Shown one piece after another: positions 11,033 to 21,211 of a stretch of 64,000 bases of DNA. Within the stretch, counting starts at the first letter, position 1. Each line of letters starts with the position of its first letter. The notes under the pieces are model-generated. The model worked only from the letters and a program-made list of their open reading frames with translations, made no database searches and had not been told where the DNA came from. The position numbers and the translations under genes were made by a program. Origin of the DNA: Rebecca billardiae RCC1528 (Eukaryota; Protista; Haptophyta); the NCBI GenBank assembly GCA_965240325.2, contig OZ251228.1:1302001-1366000 (forward strand), given 5' to 3'.

Positions 11033-11197
11033 CGGAAGCGGGCCGTGCGGGCGGCGGCCACTTGGCGAGGGAAGGAGCGCGGCCGACGCCGCGTGTATGC
11101 CTGCGGTGACTGTCGAACGGTGTCGCCCTGTCAAGAAGCCGACTCACACCTTCTCCCGTAGCAGTGCTTCTGCCTTCTGCTATACTAAGGCTTCACT

Positions 11198-11200
<3 letters not shown>

Positions 11201-11252
<52 letters not shown>
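11201..11252. repeat. (TA)n microsatellite
   Basis: Directly visible. Confidence 0.95.
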
Positions 11253-11255
<3 letters not shown>

Positions 11256-11664
11256 ATTTTTAAAATTGCTCTCCGAGCGAGGTCCCACCGGTGGCCTAGC
11301 GACGAACAACTAGTACTCCGACCAGGTCGCGGGTCCGAGACCGTCGCCGAGTCGCAGACCGAGGCGCGCTGCCACGGTCAGGAGACAGGAGCACTACTAG
11401 TGTAGACCGCGCCACTCTTTCGGCCCGCGGTCGCCCGCGGAGCCGCCGGCGTCTGGCGTTGCCAGCCGCCGGTGCGTCTCGTTCAATTGATCAGTTGAAT
11501 GTTGATGGCTCGGCGGCGGAGCAACCGAGCAGTGTCAACGGTCGTCATAAAGAGCCCGACTGACTCACCTGTCTCACACTGCTGCTGTATTCTGCAAAAT
11601 AGCTGCTGGCGGTAGTCAGGACTAGCTACGATCACTGCAAGTACAGCGGCATCTCTGGGCACTT

Positions 11665-12281
11665 GTGGAGCGCGCGGTGGAACTTGAGCCAGGAAGGAAC
11701 TTGAGCCGGCATTTCCCAGCGGCGTGCCCCATCTTGGCGTGGCTGGCACGATCGGCACACGCTCCTGAGCGCTCGTTTCGCGGTGCGGCAGGCCTTGGGC
11801 AGACCAGGCAGACATGCAGCGACCGAATTACCGGGCCATGCGCGCACCACATCTGCGCTACGTGGCCTGCGTGCTGGACGACTGGGAGTCAATGCCGACC
11901 CACTGCATTCCACCGACCCACTGCATTCCACTGCCCCGCATGCACCCCGAGTCACCTGCAGAGGGCGTCGACAAGCGCAGAGCGGGTGCGCGGAAGTTCG
12001 ACCAACTCGTGGACCTTCTTGCGAGCACCAGCAGCAAGGTCGCAAGCCCAACCTTGACCAGCCGTGGAACTTGAGCTGGTCGGCAGCAAAACACCGCAGG
12101 AGGAAGTTAGCAGCGTGCGCGGAGGAGGCGCGGTGCGCGTCCGTTGCTGGCGAGAGGCGTCCGGGCCGTGGCGTTCTCGGCCGCGTCCGCGCGCTTCCCG
12201 CCGCCGCGGGCCCCGTGTACGCCCGTCGTCGCCCTCGCCGCGTGGGCGCCAAACGGGCTCAAGTTCCAACGAGCGCTCCAC
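11665..12281. mobile_element. TIR-bounded element (617 bp), family unknown
   Basis: 26-bp inverted ends GTGGAGCGCGCGGTGGAACTTGAGCC / GGCTCAAGTTCCAACGAGCGCTCCAC (2 mismatches). The GGAACTTGAGC core is repeated internally. No clear TSD. Confidence 0.7.
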
Positions 12282-12464
12282 TACCAGTACCGCGCCGGAG
12301 AAGGACGGGGGCGCCGGAAGGCCAGGACTCTTGGCCGGATTTGGAAGGCGAGCTCGAGCGGCTGTGGCAGCTGCCCCCATATGATGGGCAGTGGCTCCAG
12401 TTCGCTGCGCCGCGGCGGGCACTCGCGGACGACCACGCCGCTGTGGGCGGTGTCGGCGCATGGG

Positions 12465-13283
12465 ATGGACGACCTGGAGTCGCCAACCACCATCCCAGGC
12501 GCAGCTGACTTCGCCATCGGGCGCGAGGGCGAGGTGGGTCTGAGCGAGCACTTGTCGATCATGGGCAACCGTCTGCTGCACTCGCGCGCGTACAACTCGC
12601 TGTATGCGCTCCTGATCGCGCTGAACATGGGCGCGTTGATGGTGGCACTAACAAGCTCGACCAACGAGTCGAGCATGCTGATGGTCGTTCTGGACCTGGT
12701 GATCACAGGCTCGCTGCTGATCGAGGTGGCGGTGCGGTTGCTCGTGCAGGGCCGGCGGCGCTTCTGGGCCGACCGCTCGAACCGCGTCGACTGCGCCGTG
12801 TGCGCGCTCTGCCTCGGCACGCTGATTTTCTACGTGTTCGAGGGGCCGTCCGTCTCGGAGAAGGTCGAGCAGGTCGTCACCATCACCGTTGTCGTTGTCC
12901 GCTACGTCATACAGCTCATGCGGCTCGCGGTTTTTGTGCGCAGCTACAAGCGCACCATCCCCTCGGCGCAGACGGAGATCAACCTGGCGGCTGTGGATGA
13001 GGAGGCGCCGCTCCTCCCACACGAGCCGATCGGACTGCCCGCGGGCGGGCTCCACCACATCAGCACGGGTGCGGAGAGCGCGAACGGCGTCGATGGCAGC
13101 TCGTCGGGTCGGCACCAGCACCACAGCTTGGCAATGTTCACCACTTCTATCCCGCCCTCTCCCGTGAGTGCGGTGGGCGCCAGCGCGGGCGATTTGGACG
13201 CGCTGAATCTGGGCTTCGCGGCAGCTGGGCACAGCCACAAGGATCGGATAAGCGTAGGTACCCCAGATGCGCCTTGGCAATGA
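12465..13283 (+). CDS. Voltage-sensor-domain-only (4-TM, Ion_trans-like) membrane protein
   Basis: Four hydrophobic helices. S2 has IEVAVRL, S3 has FW...NRVD and S4 has RYVIQLMRLAVFVR. No pore loop follows. Confidence 0.75.
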   Translation: MDDLESPTTIPGAADFAIGREGEVGLSEHLSIMGNRLLHSRAYNSLYALLIALNMGALMVALTSSTNESSMLMVVLDLVITGSLLIEVAVRLLVQGRRRFWADRSNRVDCAVCALCLGTLIFYVFEGPSVSEKVEQVVTITVVVVRYVIQLMRLAVFVRSYKRTIPSAQTEINLAAVDEEAPLLPHEPIGLPAGGLHHISTGAESANGVDGSSSGRHQHHSLAMFTTSIPPSPVSAVGASAGDLDALNLGFAAAGHSHKDRISVGTPDAPWQ

Positions 13284-13942
13284 TTTTCACTTCAAGTGGC
13301 AACTGGGCGCCCGGGCCCGGGGGTGCCATTGCCTGACGCCGGCGGGCGCGGGCCGTGCGGCCCGTGGCCCGCCACGCCGTCGGGCCGCGGACAGGTGCCA
13401 CAGGTGGTTCGCACTCAATAATGATATTTTATTTAAGAATGCTATCGTATAGCGACGACACTCGATCGACACGACGGTCGTCTCTGCCTCAGAGTGACAG
13501 AGTCCCTGCCGACCGATGTAATCCCGGCCGATGGCGCCTACCGATCATCAGTCCGTCCGAGCTGAGTCGTCTGAAAATATTAAGCTGGGCACAGCCACAA
13601 GGATCGGATAAGCGTAGGTACCCCAGATGCGCCTTGGCAATGATTTTCACTTCAAGTGGCAACTGGGCGCCCGGGCCCGGGGGTGCCATTGCCTGACGCC
13701 GGCGGGCGCGGGCCGTGCGGCCCGTGGCCCGCCACGCCGTCGGGCCGCGGACAGGTGCCACAGGTGGTTCGCACTCAATAATGATATTTTATTTAAGAAT
13801 GCTATCGTATAGCGACGACACTCGATCGACACGACGGTCGTCTCTGCCTCAGAGTGACAGAGTCCCTGCCGACCGATGTAATCCCGGCCGATGGCGCCTA
13901 CCGATCATCAGTCCGTCCGAGCTGAGTCGTCTGAAAATATTA
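13223..13942. repeat. Exact 360-bp tandem duplication (13223-13582, 13583-13942)
   Basis: Two identical units covering the last 20 codons and the 3' flank of the VSD gene. Confidence 0.95.
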
Positions 13943-15363
13943 TTAACTACTACTAATTAAGCATCACTACTCGGACAGTGGTATTACGGGCCATCACAGT
14001 TTATACGCCGCACAATCCGAGTATCGTGAATCGAGCCTTAGCAGTCAAGTTACGAGATGAGGACATGCACTCTGCTGGAGTCAGTCGGCTGCCCTAAGTC
14101 AGTGATGCTTCAGGGCACTGCTTGCCACAGGATCCACAGTAAGTAGACTAGCTAGGCTTCGTAGCTAGGCTACGACCCCGGGTCGAATACCGTCGTATAG
14201 GCGGCCTAGTTACTAGACGTACGGAGCTGACTAGCTACTGGCTGGCCGTACTCGAGAGTCGAGTAAGACTCAGTGACAGTCTGAGTCACTCACTCCGCCG
14301 CCTAGGCCAAGCGGGCGGGCAAGGGCCTATAGCCCTATAGGCGGGCTAAGTACTCAGTAGTCTAATACGTAGTCTGTCCGGTCTGAATTGTCAGTAGCCG
14401 AGTAGCTAGTTACGACGGGCGGCAGCCTAATAATAAGCAGCTACTCTGAATATAACTAGCTCGGAGTCACTCAGAGCCAGGCCCAGTGGGCTAGCTATAG
14501 ACGGCCAGCTCAGTCGCGGACGACTACCCGTACCGGACTGACGTCTGTCCGCCGCCGGTCACGACGTGACTCGTGAACGTCGTAGACTTCTGAACTCACT
14601 TCTGGCGCGCACTTACACTGACTACGGCACAATTACAGTAGGGCTTCAGTGCAGACTCCGTGTAGCCGTGCTAAGTTTATACTAAGTAGGCGGGATATTA
14701 TTTATTAGTCATCATCATTATTATAATAATCATAATGACCGATCCGAGCGGACTGTAACTGTTACCGAATGACCGAGCGAGACACTGATGTCACTCGAAC
14801 TGACAGTGACTGTCAGCCCGTACCGATACACTTCACTGCGGTAGTACTGTATGACACGGACTCACTACAGAGTACAGCGGCCAGAACGTCGCGTGGGGTG
14901 GCGCCGGCCGCGGTGGTGTCGGGCTTGGGGCATGATGCCGCTGTCAGCCCATGGCCATGGGAGCGCCGGTGCAACTGCAAGGTCACAGCCCTCGCCAGGC
15001 CGAGCCGCCGAGCGGCCGGGACCTGGCCGAGACAGGTAGTGACTACGCATGATGCCTGCGGGCAGACGGCCGCATGCGACTTGGGAGGTGGGTGCGCGGC
15101 GCGAGCCTTGGGCACAGCGGACTAGTGACAGCACTCAGCACACACACACGACGTGCGAGCATCATCTGCATCATGCCAGGAACACAGAGCCGAGGTCATG
15201 GCGTGGGGTAAGGTGGAGGAGGCCTCATCCGTCGCCCCGCGGCAGCGATGTGCAGCTGCGGACGGCCGGGGTGAGCGCGTGCGCTCCGGCCGACGCCGGG
15301 ATCAGGCCAGCTGGTGCGCAGCGGCTTCGCGACGGGGCGCGCGTGCGTGGCCGCCGCCCTCAC

Positions 15364-17655
15364 TCACCGGCCAAAGCAGCCGCATGTGCCACGCGCCGCG
15401 CGGTCGTCGGCGGCCTCGTCGGCGGCGGGCGCGCCGGCGGCCCCGTCCCCGAGCAGCGCGGTGAAGGCTTGCGCGTTCTCCATCACGTACGCGGTCGCGA
15501 GCTGCGAGGAGAGGTTCGCCTGCGCGGCGGTGAGGTGCATGTCCAGCCCGGTGAGCGACTTGTTCTGCCCGGTGACAAGGTAGTTGGGGAAATGCGCGAA
15601 CTCGCCCTCGCCGCTCGTCGCGCTCGTCTCGATGGCGTCGCGGATCTCGGCGGGCAGCTTGGCCTCCCACCTCGTCACCCGCTGCAGGAACGCCCAGCAC
15701 ACGCGCACCGAGTACCCGCCGCGGATGCCCCAGAATGCGTTGGGCAGCACCTGCGCCGCGCGCCACGCGCGGCCGGGGGGGCGCGGTGTGAGCCAGCCGC
15801 GCACGCCAGCGCAGCGCGGCGGCGATGCCACCTCTGGTGGCCCGCGCGCCGCCCACCCGCTCAGCCAGCCGCGAGCCCACGGCGCGCGCCCACGCCGTGC
15901 GCCCACCTGGTGGTCCATCGTGACGACGGGGAAGTCCCCGTCCACGAGCTTGGCGCGCACGCGCTTCATCAGCAGCCAAAAGTCGGCGGGCTGGAAGACC
16001 TGGATCTCGCGCAGCGAGTGCATCATGTGCTCGCAGCTCTTGGCACGGATGCCAAAGTACGCCGGCAGGTTGCCGTCGAGGTCGCCCTCCACGCCCTTCC
16101 ACTCCGTGCCGTCCGGCCCGCCGTCGAGCGGGAAGCCCGTCGCAATCGGCGTGCCGAGCGAGGAGAAGACCACCATCTTCCGCACCGAGCGCGTGAGCAG
16201 CGGGAGGATGGCAAGCAGGTCGTGCCCGCCAGCATCGGAGATGTACACGGACTGCGCGCTCGGCGGCGCGCCGCCGCCCTCCGCCGCGCCCGCCAGCTGC
16301 GCCGGCGCCCAGTACGCGAGGCGGGAGTACGCCGAGCCGATGTCGACGCCGAGCGACGAGAGCACCGCCTCGCGCGCGCCCGTGTTGTTCGTGATGCCGC
16401 AGTAGGCGTTGGAGGACGCGTCCAGCATCTTGGCGAGGGACATGACGCGCGCAGAGCGGCCAATGGCGCGCGCGCGCGCGCTCACCGGCTGCGAGCCGCC
16501 GCCGCCGCCGCCCGCCGCCGCCGGTGGCGGCGCGCTGCTCGGCGCGAGCGTCGCGCCGACGGCGAACGACTCGACAAAGCCCCCGACTGTGTACTCCCAC
16601 GTCGCGTCTGCCGGGATGGCATCGTCGCGCGCGCGCGCAAACGCTCGGTAGGTCTCGAGCGAGGCGACGCGCGAGATGGCCGAGCCGCAGTAGAGCGGCG
16701 TCATGTCGTACGGCACGAAGTCCTCCGTCTCCCACACCACCGCCTTCGCGTCGCCCGCCGGCCGCTTGACCGGCGGCGCGAGCGTGCCGGTGAAGATGTC
16801 GACAGGTCGGCCCTCGCGTCGCACGACGATGTCGGACTTGCGCAGATGCGGGTTGCGCTCCCGGATGCGCGCGGCGTGCGCGGCGCTCGCGGCGACGGGC
16901 GTGTGCTTGTCGCCCACGCCGTACGGCTCGAGGAAGATCGATGCCATCGTCGCCAGCCACGCCTCGTCCGCGTGCGAGCCGTCGAGGCACGAGGGCATCA
17001 CCAGCTCAGACGCAAAGCGCGACAGGATGGGGCGCGTGAGGCAGCGGATGAGCCCGCCCTCGGGGGCGTCCTGCAGCGCCTCGTGCGTGAGGTCCTGCGC
17101 GCGCTTGATCGGCCCGAGCAGCACGCGGTCGTCCTCGGCCCCCGTGCGGTAGTACTGGAAGGGCGCGAGCGTGTACGCGCCGCCCGAGCACGCGGTCGCG
17201 TAGTCCACGTTCTCCATCAGCCCGAGCTGGATGAGGCCGCGGAGGAAGCCGACGGCGGCGGCGGCGGCACGCGAGCCGCCGCCGGAGAGGCAGATCCCCG
17301 TCGTCCTGCCCGGCGGGTTCTTCAGCAGCTCGCGCTCGGGCAGCTCGTTCGGGTCGAGCTCGCCACTCGTGTACCACACGTCGAATGTGAGCGACTCGCC
17401 CTGGCCGCCCGCGTCGGTGGAGAGGTCGCCGATGGCCGACGCGCGGTTGGTCACGGCATTGTACAGGATCGCCGCCTGCAGTGTGCGGTTCACCTCGAGC
17501 TGCCCCCCTCTGGCGGTCGCCGAGCGGCCAATTTTGAGCGCGGTCGAGTTCACCTCCATGGCCGGTTCACCTTTCGGCGCTGGGCCAAGGTCGTGGGTCG
17601 CTCGGCGCACCGCCGCCGAGAAACTGCGCTGATGATTCTGAGTTTTTGGGCTCAT
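15364..17655 (-). CDS. cPLA2/lysophospholipase (patatin-like) lipase; in-frame intron 15751-15906
   Basis: GICLSGGGSRA oxyanion motif, ACSGG nucleophile and ISDAGG..LLAILPLL catalytic Asp. The true start may be the ATG at 17559. A possible extra intron at 15256-15367 would move the stop to 15225. Confidence 0.8.
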   Translation of the reverse strand: MSPKTQNHQRSFSAAVRRATHDLGPAPKGEPAMEVNSTALKIGRSATARGGQLEVNRTLQAAILYNAVTNRASAIGDLSTDAGGQGESLTFDVWYTSGELDPNELPERELLKNPPGRTTGICLSGGGSRAAAAAVGFLRGLIQLGLMENVDYATACSGGAYTLAPFQYYRTGAEDDRVLLGPIKRAQDLTHEALQDAPEGGLIRCLTRPILSRFASELVMPSCLDGSHADEAWLATMASIFLEPYGVGDKHTPVAASAAHAARIRERNPHLRKSDIVVRREGRPVDIFTGTLAPPVKRPAGDAKAVVWETEDFVPYDMTPLYCGSAISRVASLETYRAFARARDDAIPADATWEYTVGGFVESFAVGATLAPSSAPPPAAAGGGGGGSQPVSARARAIGRSARVMSLAKMLDASSNAYCGITNNTGAREAVLSSLGVDIGSAYSRLAYWAPAQLAGAAEGGGAPPSAQSVYISDAGGHDLLAILPLLTRSVRKMVVFSSLGTPIATGFPLDGGPDGTEWKGVEGDLDGNLPAYFGIRAKSCEHMMHSLREIQVFQPADFWLLMKRVRAKLVDGDFPVVTMDHQVGARRGRAPWARGWLSGWAARGPPEVASPPRCAGVRGWLTPRPPGRAWRAAQVLPNAFWGIRGGYSVRVCWAFLQRVTRWEAKLPAEIRDAIETSATSGEGEFAHFPNYLVTGQNKSLTGLDMHLTAAQANLSSQLATAYVMENAQAFTALLGDGAAGAPAADEAADDRAARGTCGCFGR

Positions 17656-17822
17656 CTAGAAAAGTGAACCGAGGTGTCCCCGCCGCCGCCCGGGCCGGCC
17701 GCCATTGTTGCGACCGACAGTGCTGCACACACCGTGGTGGCGGAGCCCCATCATCAGACCCACGCGGGAACCGGCCCAGCCCTCCTCCACACGCCCGCCC
17801 CGCGCGCGGCGCGCGCGGGAGC

Positions 17823-19088
17823 ATGATGGAGATGGCCACCTGCCGCGAGTGCAGCCGTCCGACGCCTCTCGAAGAGCTTGCCTCCGAAGAGAGGTGCACG
17901 GCCTGCTGCCAGCGTGCGTACGGCCTCACAGGGATCGACGCGGACTGGGACGCAGAGGCGGAGCGACTGTTCGCGCGGCTGCACATTGCCGCCGATGCCG
18001 CGGGGGGTCGTCGGCACAACGACCTGGACGCCGTGTGGCAGGACGAGACGACAGGCGCCCACGTGTACGTCGGCAACAGGCGGGCCGCGTCGTCGCGCAA
18101 GATCCTCGCCGCGCACGGCATCTCGGCTGTCGTCAACTGCCAGGGTGCTGACGCGGCCAACTTCTTCGAGTCCGGCGGCGTGATCCGGTACCTGCGCTTC
18201 GACGTGCAGCGCTGGTCTGACGTCGTGCGCGAGGATGGGAACGAGGCGGGCGATGGCGTCGTCGACTACTTCGCGCCGTGCTTTGGCTGGATCGACGCCG
18301 AGCTCGCGGCTGGCAAGAGCGTGCTGATCCATTGCTACGCGGGTGCGCACCGCGCGGGCACTGTCTGCGTCGCCTTCCTCATGCACGCGGCGGGGCTCGG
18401 CCTCGCAGACGCCATGCGCATGGCGCGGCGCTGCCGCCCGATCGTCAACCCCTTTGCGCGGCTACTCAAGCTGCTGCACATGCTCGACAGGGCACTCGTC
18501 GCTGAGCGCGCGGGCGATGAGACGCCGCGCGGCGATGCGCGCTCACACACGCCGGGCTACATTCGGCGCGTGTCCGAGGTGCAGCTGGGCTCGCCGACGC
18601 CGAGCAATCGTGGCTCCGCGGCGAGTGGCGGCACGCCCTCGCCCCCCGCGCCGCGAGCCAGCGTCGCGTGCGCCAGCTCCACCGACGTGTCTGCCAGCTC
18701 GGCCTCGTCTGCGAGCTCCATCACCCAGCCGGCGCGCGGGGGCCTGCCGCCCACGCCAGACTCGGACCGCGAGCACGAGCGCGCCGCGGCGGACGCGCGC
18801 GCGGATGTGCCCGCGCACACGGCGCAGTCAGCACGCCGTCCGCCGTCGGCTGCGAGTTCAGCCCGCGCGAGCGCACTCGCGCGCGCGCTCGACTCGTCGC
18901 TGGTCTCCTTCGACCTGGCGGCAGTCGACCATTCAGGCAGCGGCGCCCGGCCTGCGGCGGCGGCCGTGGGGCGTGCCCCGAGAGCACTGTTGCCAGCGGC
19001 ACATGCGCCTCCTGCGCATGGCGCGGCGGGGGGCGCCGCGCGTGCGCCAGCAGGCGGGTCTCCAGCTGTGACTGGCAGTCGCCGTTAG
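17823..19088 (+). CDS. Dual-specificity protein phosphatase
   Basis: VYVGN..GISAVVNC, VLIHCYAGAHRAG (HCx5R), AFLM..RP.VNP. N-terminal CxxC..CxxC and a low-complexity tail. Confidence 0.9.
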   Translation: MMEMATCRECSRPTPLEELASEERCTACCQRAYGLTGIDADWDAEAERLFARLHIAADAAGGRRHNDLDAVWQDETTGAHVYVGNRRAASSRKILAAHGISAVVNCQGADAANFFESGGVIRYLRFDVQRWSDVVREDGNEAGDGVVDYFAPCFGWIDAELAAGKSVLIHCYAGAHRAGTVCVAFLMHAAGLGLADAMRMARRCRPIVNPFARLLKLLHMLDRALVAERAGDETPRGDARSHTPGYIRRVSEVQLGSPTPSNRGSAASGGTPSPPAPRASVACASSTDVSASSASSASSITQPARGGLPPTPDSDREHERAAADARADVPAHTAQSARRPPSAASSARASALARALDSSLVSFDLAAVDHSGSGARPAAAAVGRAPRALLPAAHAPPAHGAAGGAARAPAGGSPAVTGSRR

Positions 19089-19522
19089 CAGGAGAGGGCG
19101 ATCGCCCCCTCCCCCCGCCCCCTACGGTAGCCCGCTTCGTGGACGCGGCCAAGCTGCACGCTCGGCGCCCTCCTCACTAAGCTCACTCATTGTCAGTGGG
19201 CGTGGCCCTCCTGCAAGTGCAGACCTGCTGAAGCCTGCTGACTGACAGTGACACCGCGTGCGGGGGCGGCCGCCATATATATGATGAAGAAATATGATGA
19301 TTCACTATCTACGTTGACCATGATACGCGCGCCTGCTGGTGATGTGGCTGTAACGGCGACTTGACCCGAGCCTCCTGGCAGTGCGTTACCAATACCACGG
19401 CGACTCACAGCGAGGCCGCATCCGACACCGACTGACGAGAACGATCCACAGTCACAGTGATTCCACGCCCGCCCGTCACCGTGCAGGCGCGTGCGCCCAT
19501 TGCCCACGGCAGCTCGACGACG

Positions 19523-21037
19523 CTATGCATCGGAATCGCTGGCGATGCCCGCGGCGATGCGGCCGACGCCAGCGAGCGCGTGCTCGAGCGCATCCCATGG
19601 GGCGTCTGGCTCGGCCTCGGCGCGCGCCGGGCGTGCGCCGCGCAGGCTGTACTGGCAGCGCGCAGCGGCGGCGACGGCTCCCGAGCGCAGCGCCGCGACG
19701 CGCTCGGGCTCGCGCTGCACGAGGCTCGCGAGCCACGGCAGCACGTCGTCCGCGTGCTCGGGCGGCACGAGGAGCGCCGCCTCCCACGGGCGCGGCAGGT
19801 GCAGCGGGTACTGCCCCTCGAGCGTGTCAGCGCTCCACACAACTGGCACGCATCCGCACACCACCGAGTCGAAGAGCCCGCTGCGCGTCGCCGTGTCACC
19901 GGGCGGCTGGAGGCAGAAGGTGGCGTTCGCGTACGCGCGGCGCAGGGAGAGCCGGTCGGTCTGCGGCTCGACCAAGCACGAGCCCTCCGCGCCGCGCTTG
20001 CCCCCTGCCCACTCGCGGCAGCTGCGCACCGCGGCCGTGCGCTGCTGCATAATCAGCCCGATGTTGCTCCGGTTCTCGGCGCCGGCGAACGCGGCGAGAA
20101 GCGGGCGCGGCGCCTGGCACGCGGCGGGGTCTGGATCGAGCCAAGGAGGGACCGGCTCGTCCCCCGGCGCCTCGCCTCGCCCCGCCTCCTCCGCGCCGGG
20201 CTCGTACGACGAGAGCGCGAGGTAGGGCACGCCGACGACGCGCGCGCGCGAGTAGCGAGGGGGCTTGGGGTGCTCGCGACGCACGCACGGGTGGCCGCCC
20301 GCGTGCAGGTGGCGGAGGAAGGCGTCCATCCGCATGGGCGGCACGTTCTCCGCGCGGCCGTGGAGCACGTCCACGGCGACCGTGCTCCGCACCGCCCCGC
20401 TCACCGTGCAGATCAGCTGCTCGCCGGGGTCAGCCTCGATGGAGAGTGCTTGCACTCCGGCCATCTCCCGACGGCGCAGCAGGGCGTTGCCGTACACCGC
20501 GTTGCCGAAGCCGAGGAACTCCGTGGCGGCCTTGCCCAGCGCGAGGACGTGGCGGTGCGGCTCGGAGGCGAGGAGAGGCGCGTGCTCGCGCAGCCATGCG
20601 AACGCGTCCTCCTCCAGCCGGCGGCCGGCTGCGCGGTCGTCGCGGTGCGCGATCGCGTTGAACATCGGCCAGTACGGCACCCACAGCAGCTCGGCCTCGT
20701 CGGGGTTGTGCACGCGCTTGGGGTAGTGGTGCATCAGCCGGTGCCAGTAGAGGTACTCGAGCGGGTACGCGTACCCGTCGAACGTGCCCGGCGCGAGCCG
20801 TGGCCCGAGGCCGCCATTCGCCTGCAGAGCGTCCACGTCCGGCAGCCACGGCTCCGTGAGCTTGCCGACGCGGATCTTGTGGAGGAGGTCCGTGTTGAAT
20901 TCCGAAGGCATCGGATAGACGTACACCGATGGAAGCCGCAGCACCTCTGACGGCGCCGGCTCGGTGACCCCCGACGTGCTGATGGAGAAGTGCAGGAGGA
21001 GGAGGGCAGCTGCCGCGGCGCAATGAGCGCGCGCCAT
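19523..21037 (-). CDS. Exostosin family (GT47) glycosyltransferase
   Basis: Signal/anchor sequence, VYVYPMPSEFN, RVHNPDEAELLWVP and ATFCLQPPGDTATRSGLFDSVVCGCVPVV. Confidence 0.92.
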   Translation of the reverse strand: MARAHCAAAAALLLLHFSISTSGVTEPAPSEVLRLPSVYVYPMPSEFNTDLLHKIRVGKLTEPWLPDVDALQANGGLGPRLAPGTFDGYAYPLEYLYWHRLMHHYPKRVHNPDEAELLWVPYWPMFNAIAHRDDRAAGRRLEEDAFAWLREHAPLLASEPHRHVLALGKAATEFLGFGNAVYGNALLRRREMAGVQALSIEADPGEQLICTVSGAVRSTVAVDVLHGRAENVPPMRMDAFLRHLHAGGHPCVRREHPKPPRYSRARVVGVPYLALSSYEPGAEEAGRGEAPGDEPVPPWLDPDPAACQAPRPLLAAFAGAENRSNIGLIMQQRTAAVRSCREWAGGKRGAEGSCLVEPQTDRLSLRRAYANATFCLQPPGDTATRSGLFDSVVCGCVPVVWSADTLEGQYPLHLPRPWEAALLVPPEHADDVLPWLASLVQREPERVAALRSGAVAAAARCQYSLRGARPARAEAEPDAPWDALEHALAGVGRIAAGIASDSDA

Positions 21038-21211
21038 CGTGCTCTACTCTCTGGTGCTGGGCTTGCTGGCGAATCCCGCCGCCCCGTTTGTCGATCCGCG
21101 TGAAAAGAATTGCGACTGCAAAAGTGAAAAGTTTGAACCGGCCGGGGCGGGGGCGGTGGCGAGCGGGATCGTCGCCGCCGGGCGGAGCTTGGCCGTTGCT
21201 CGAGGGCCTGC

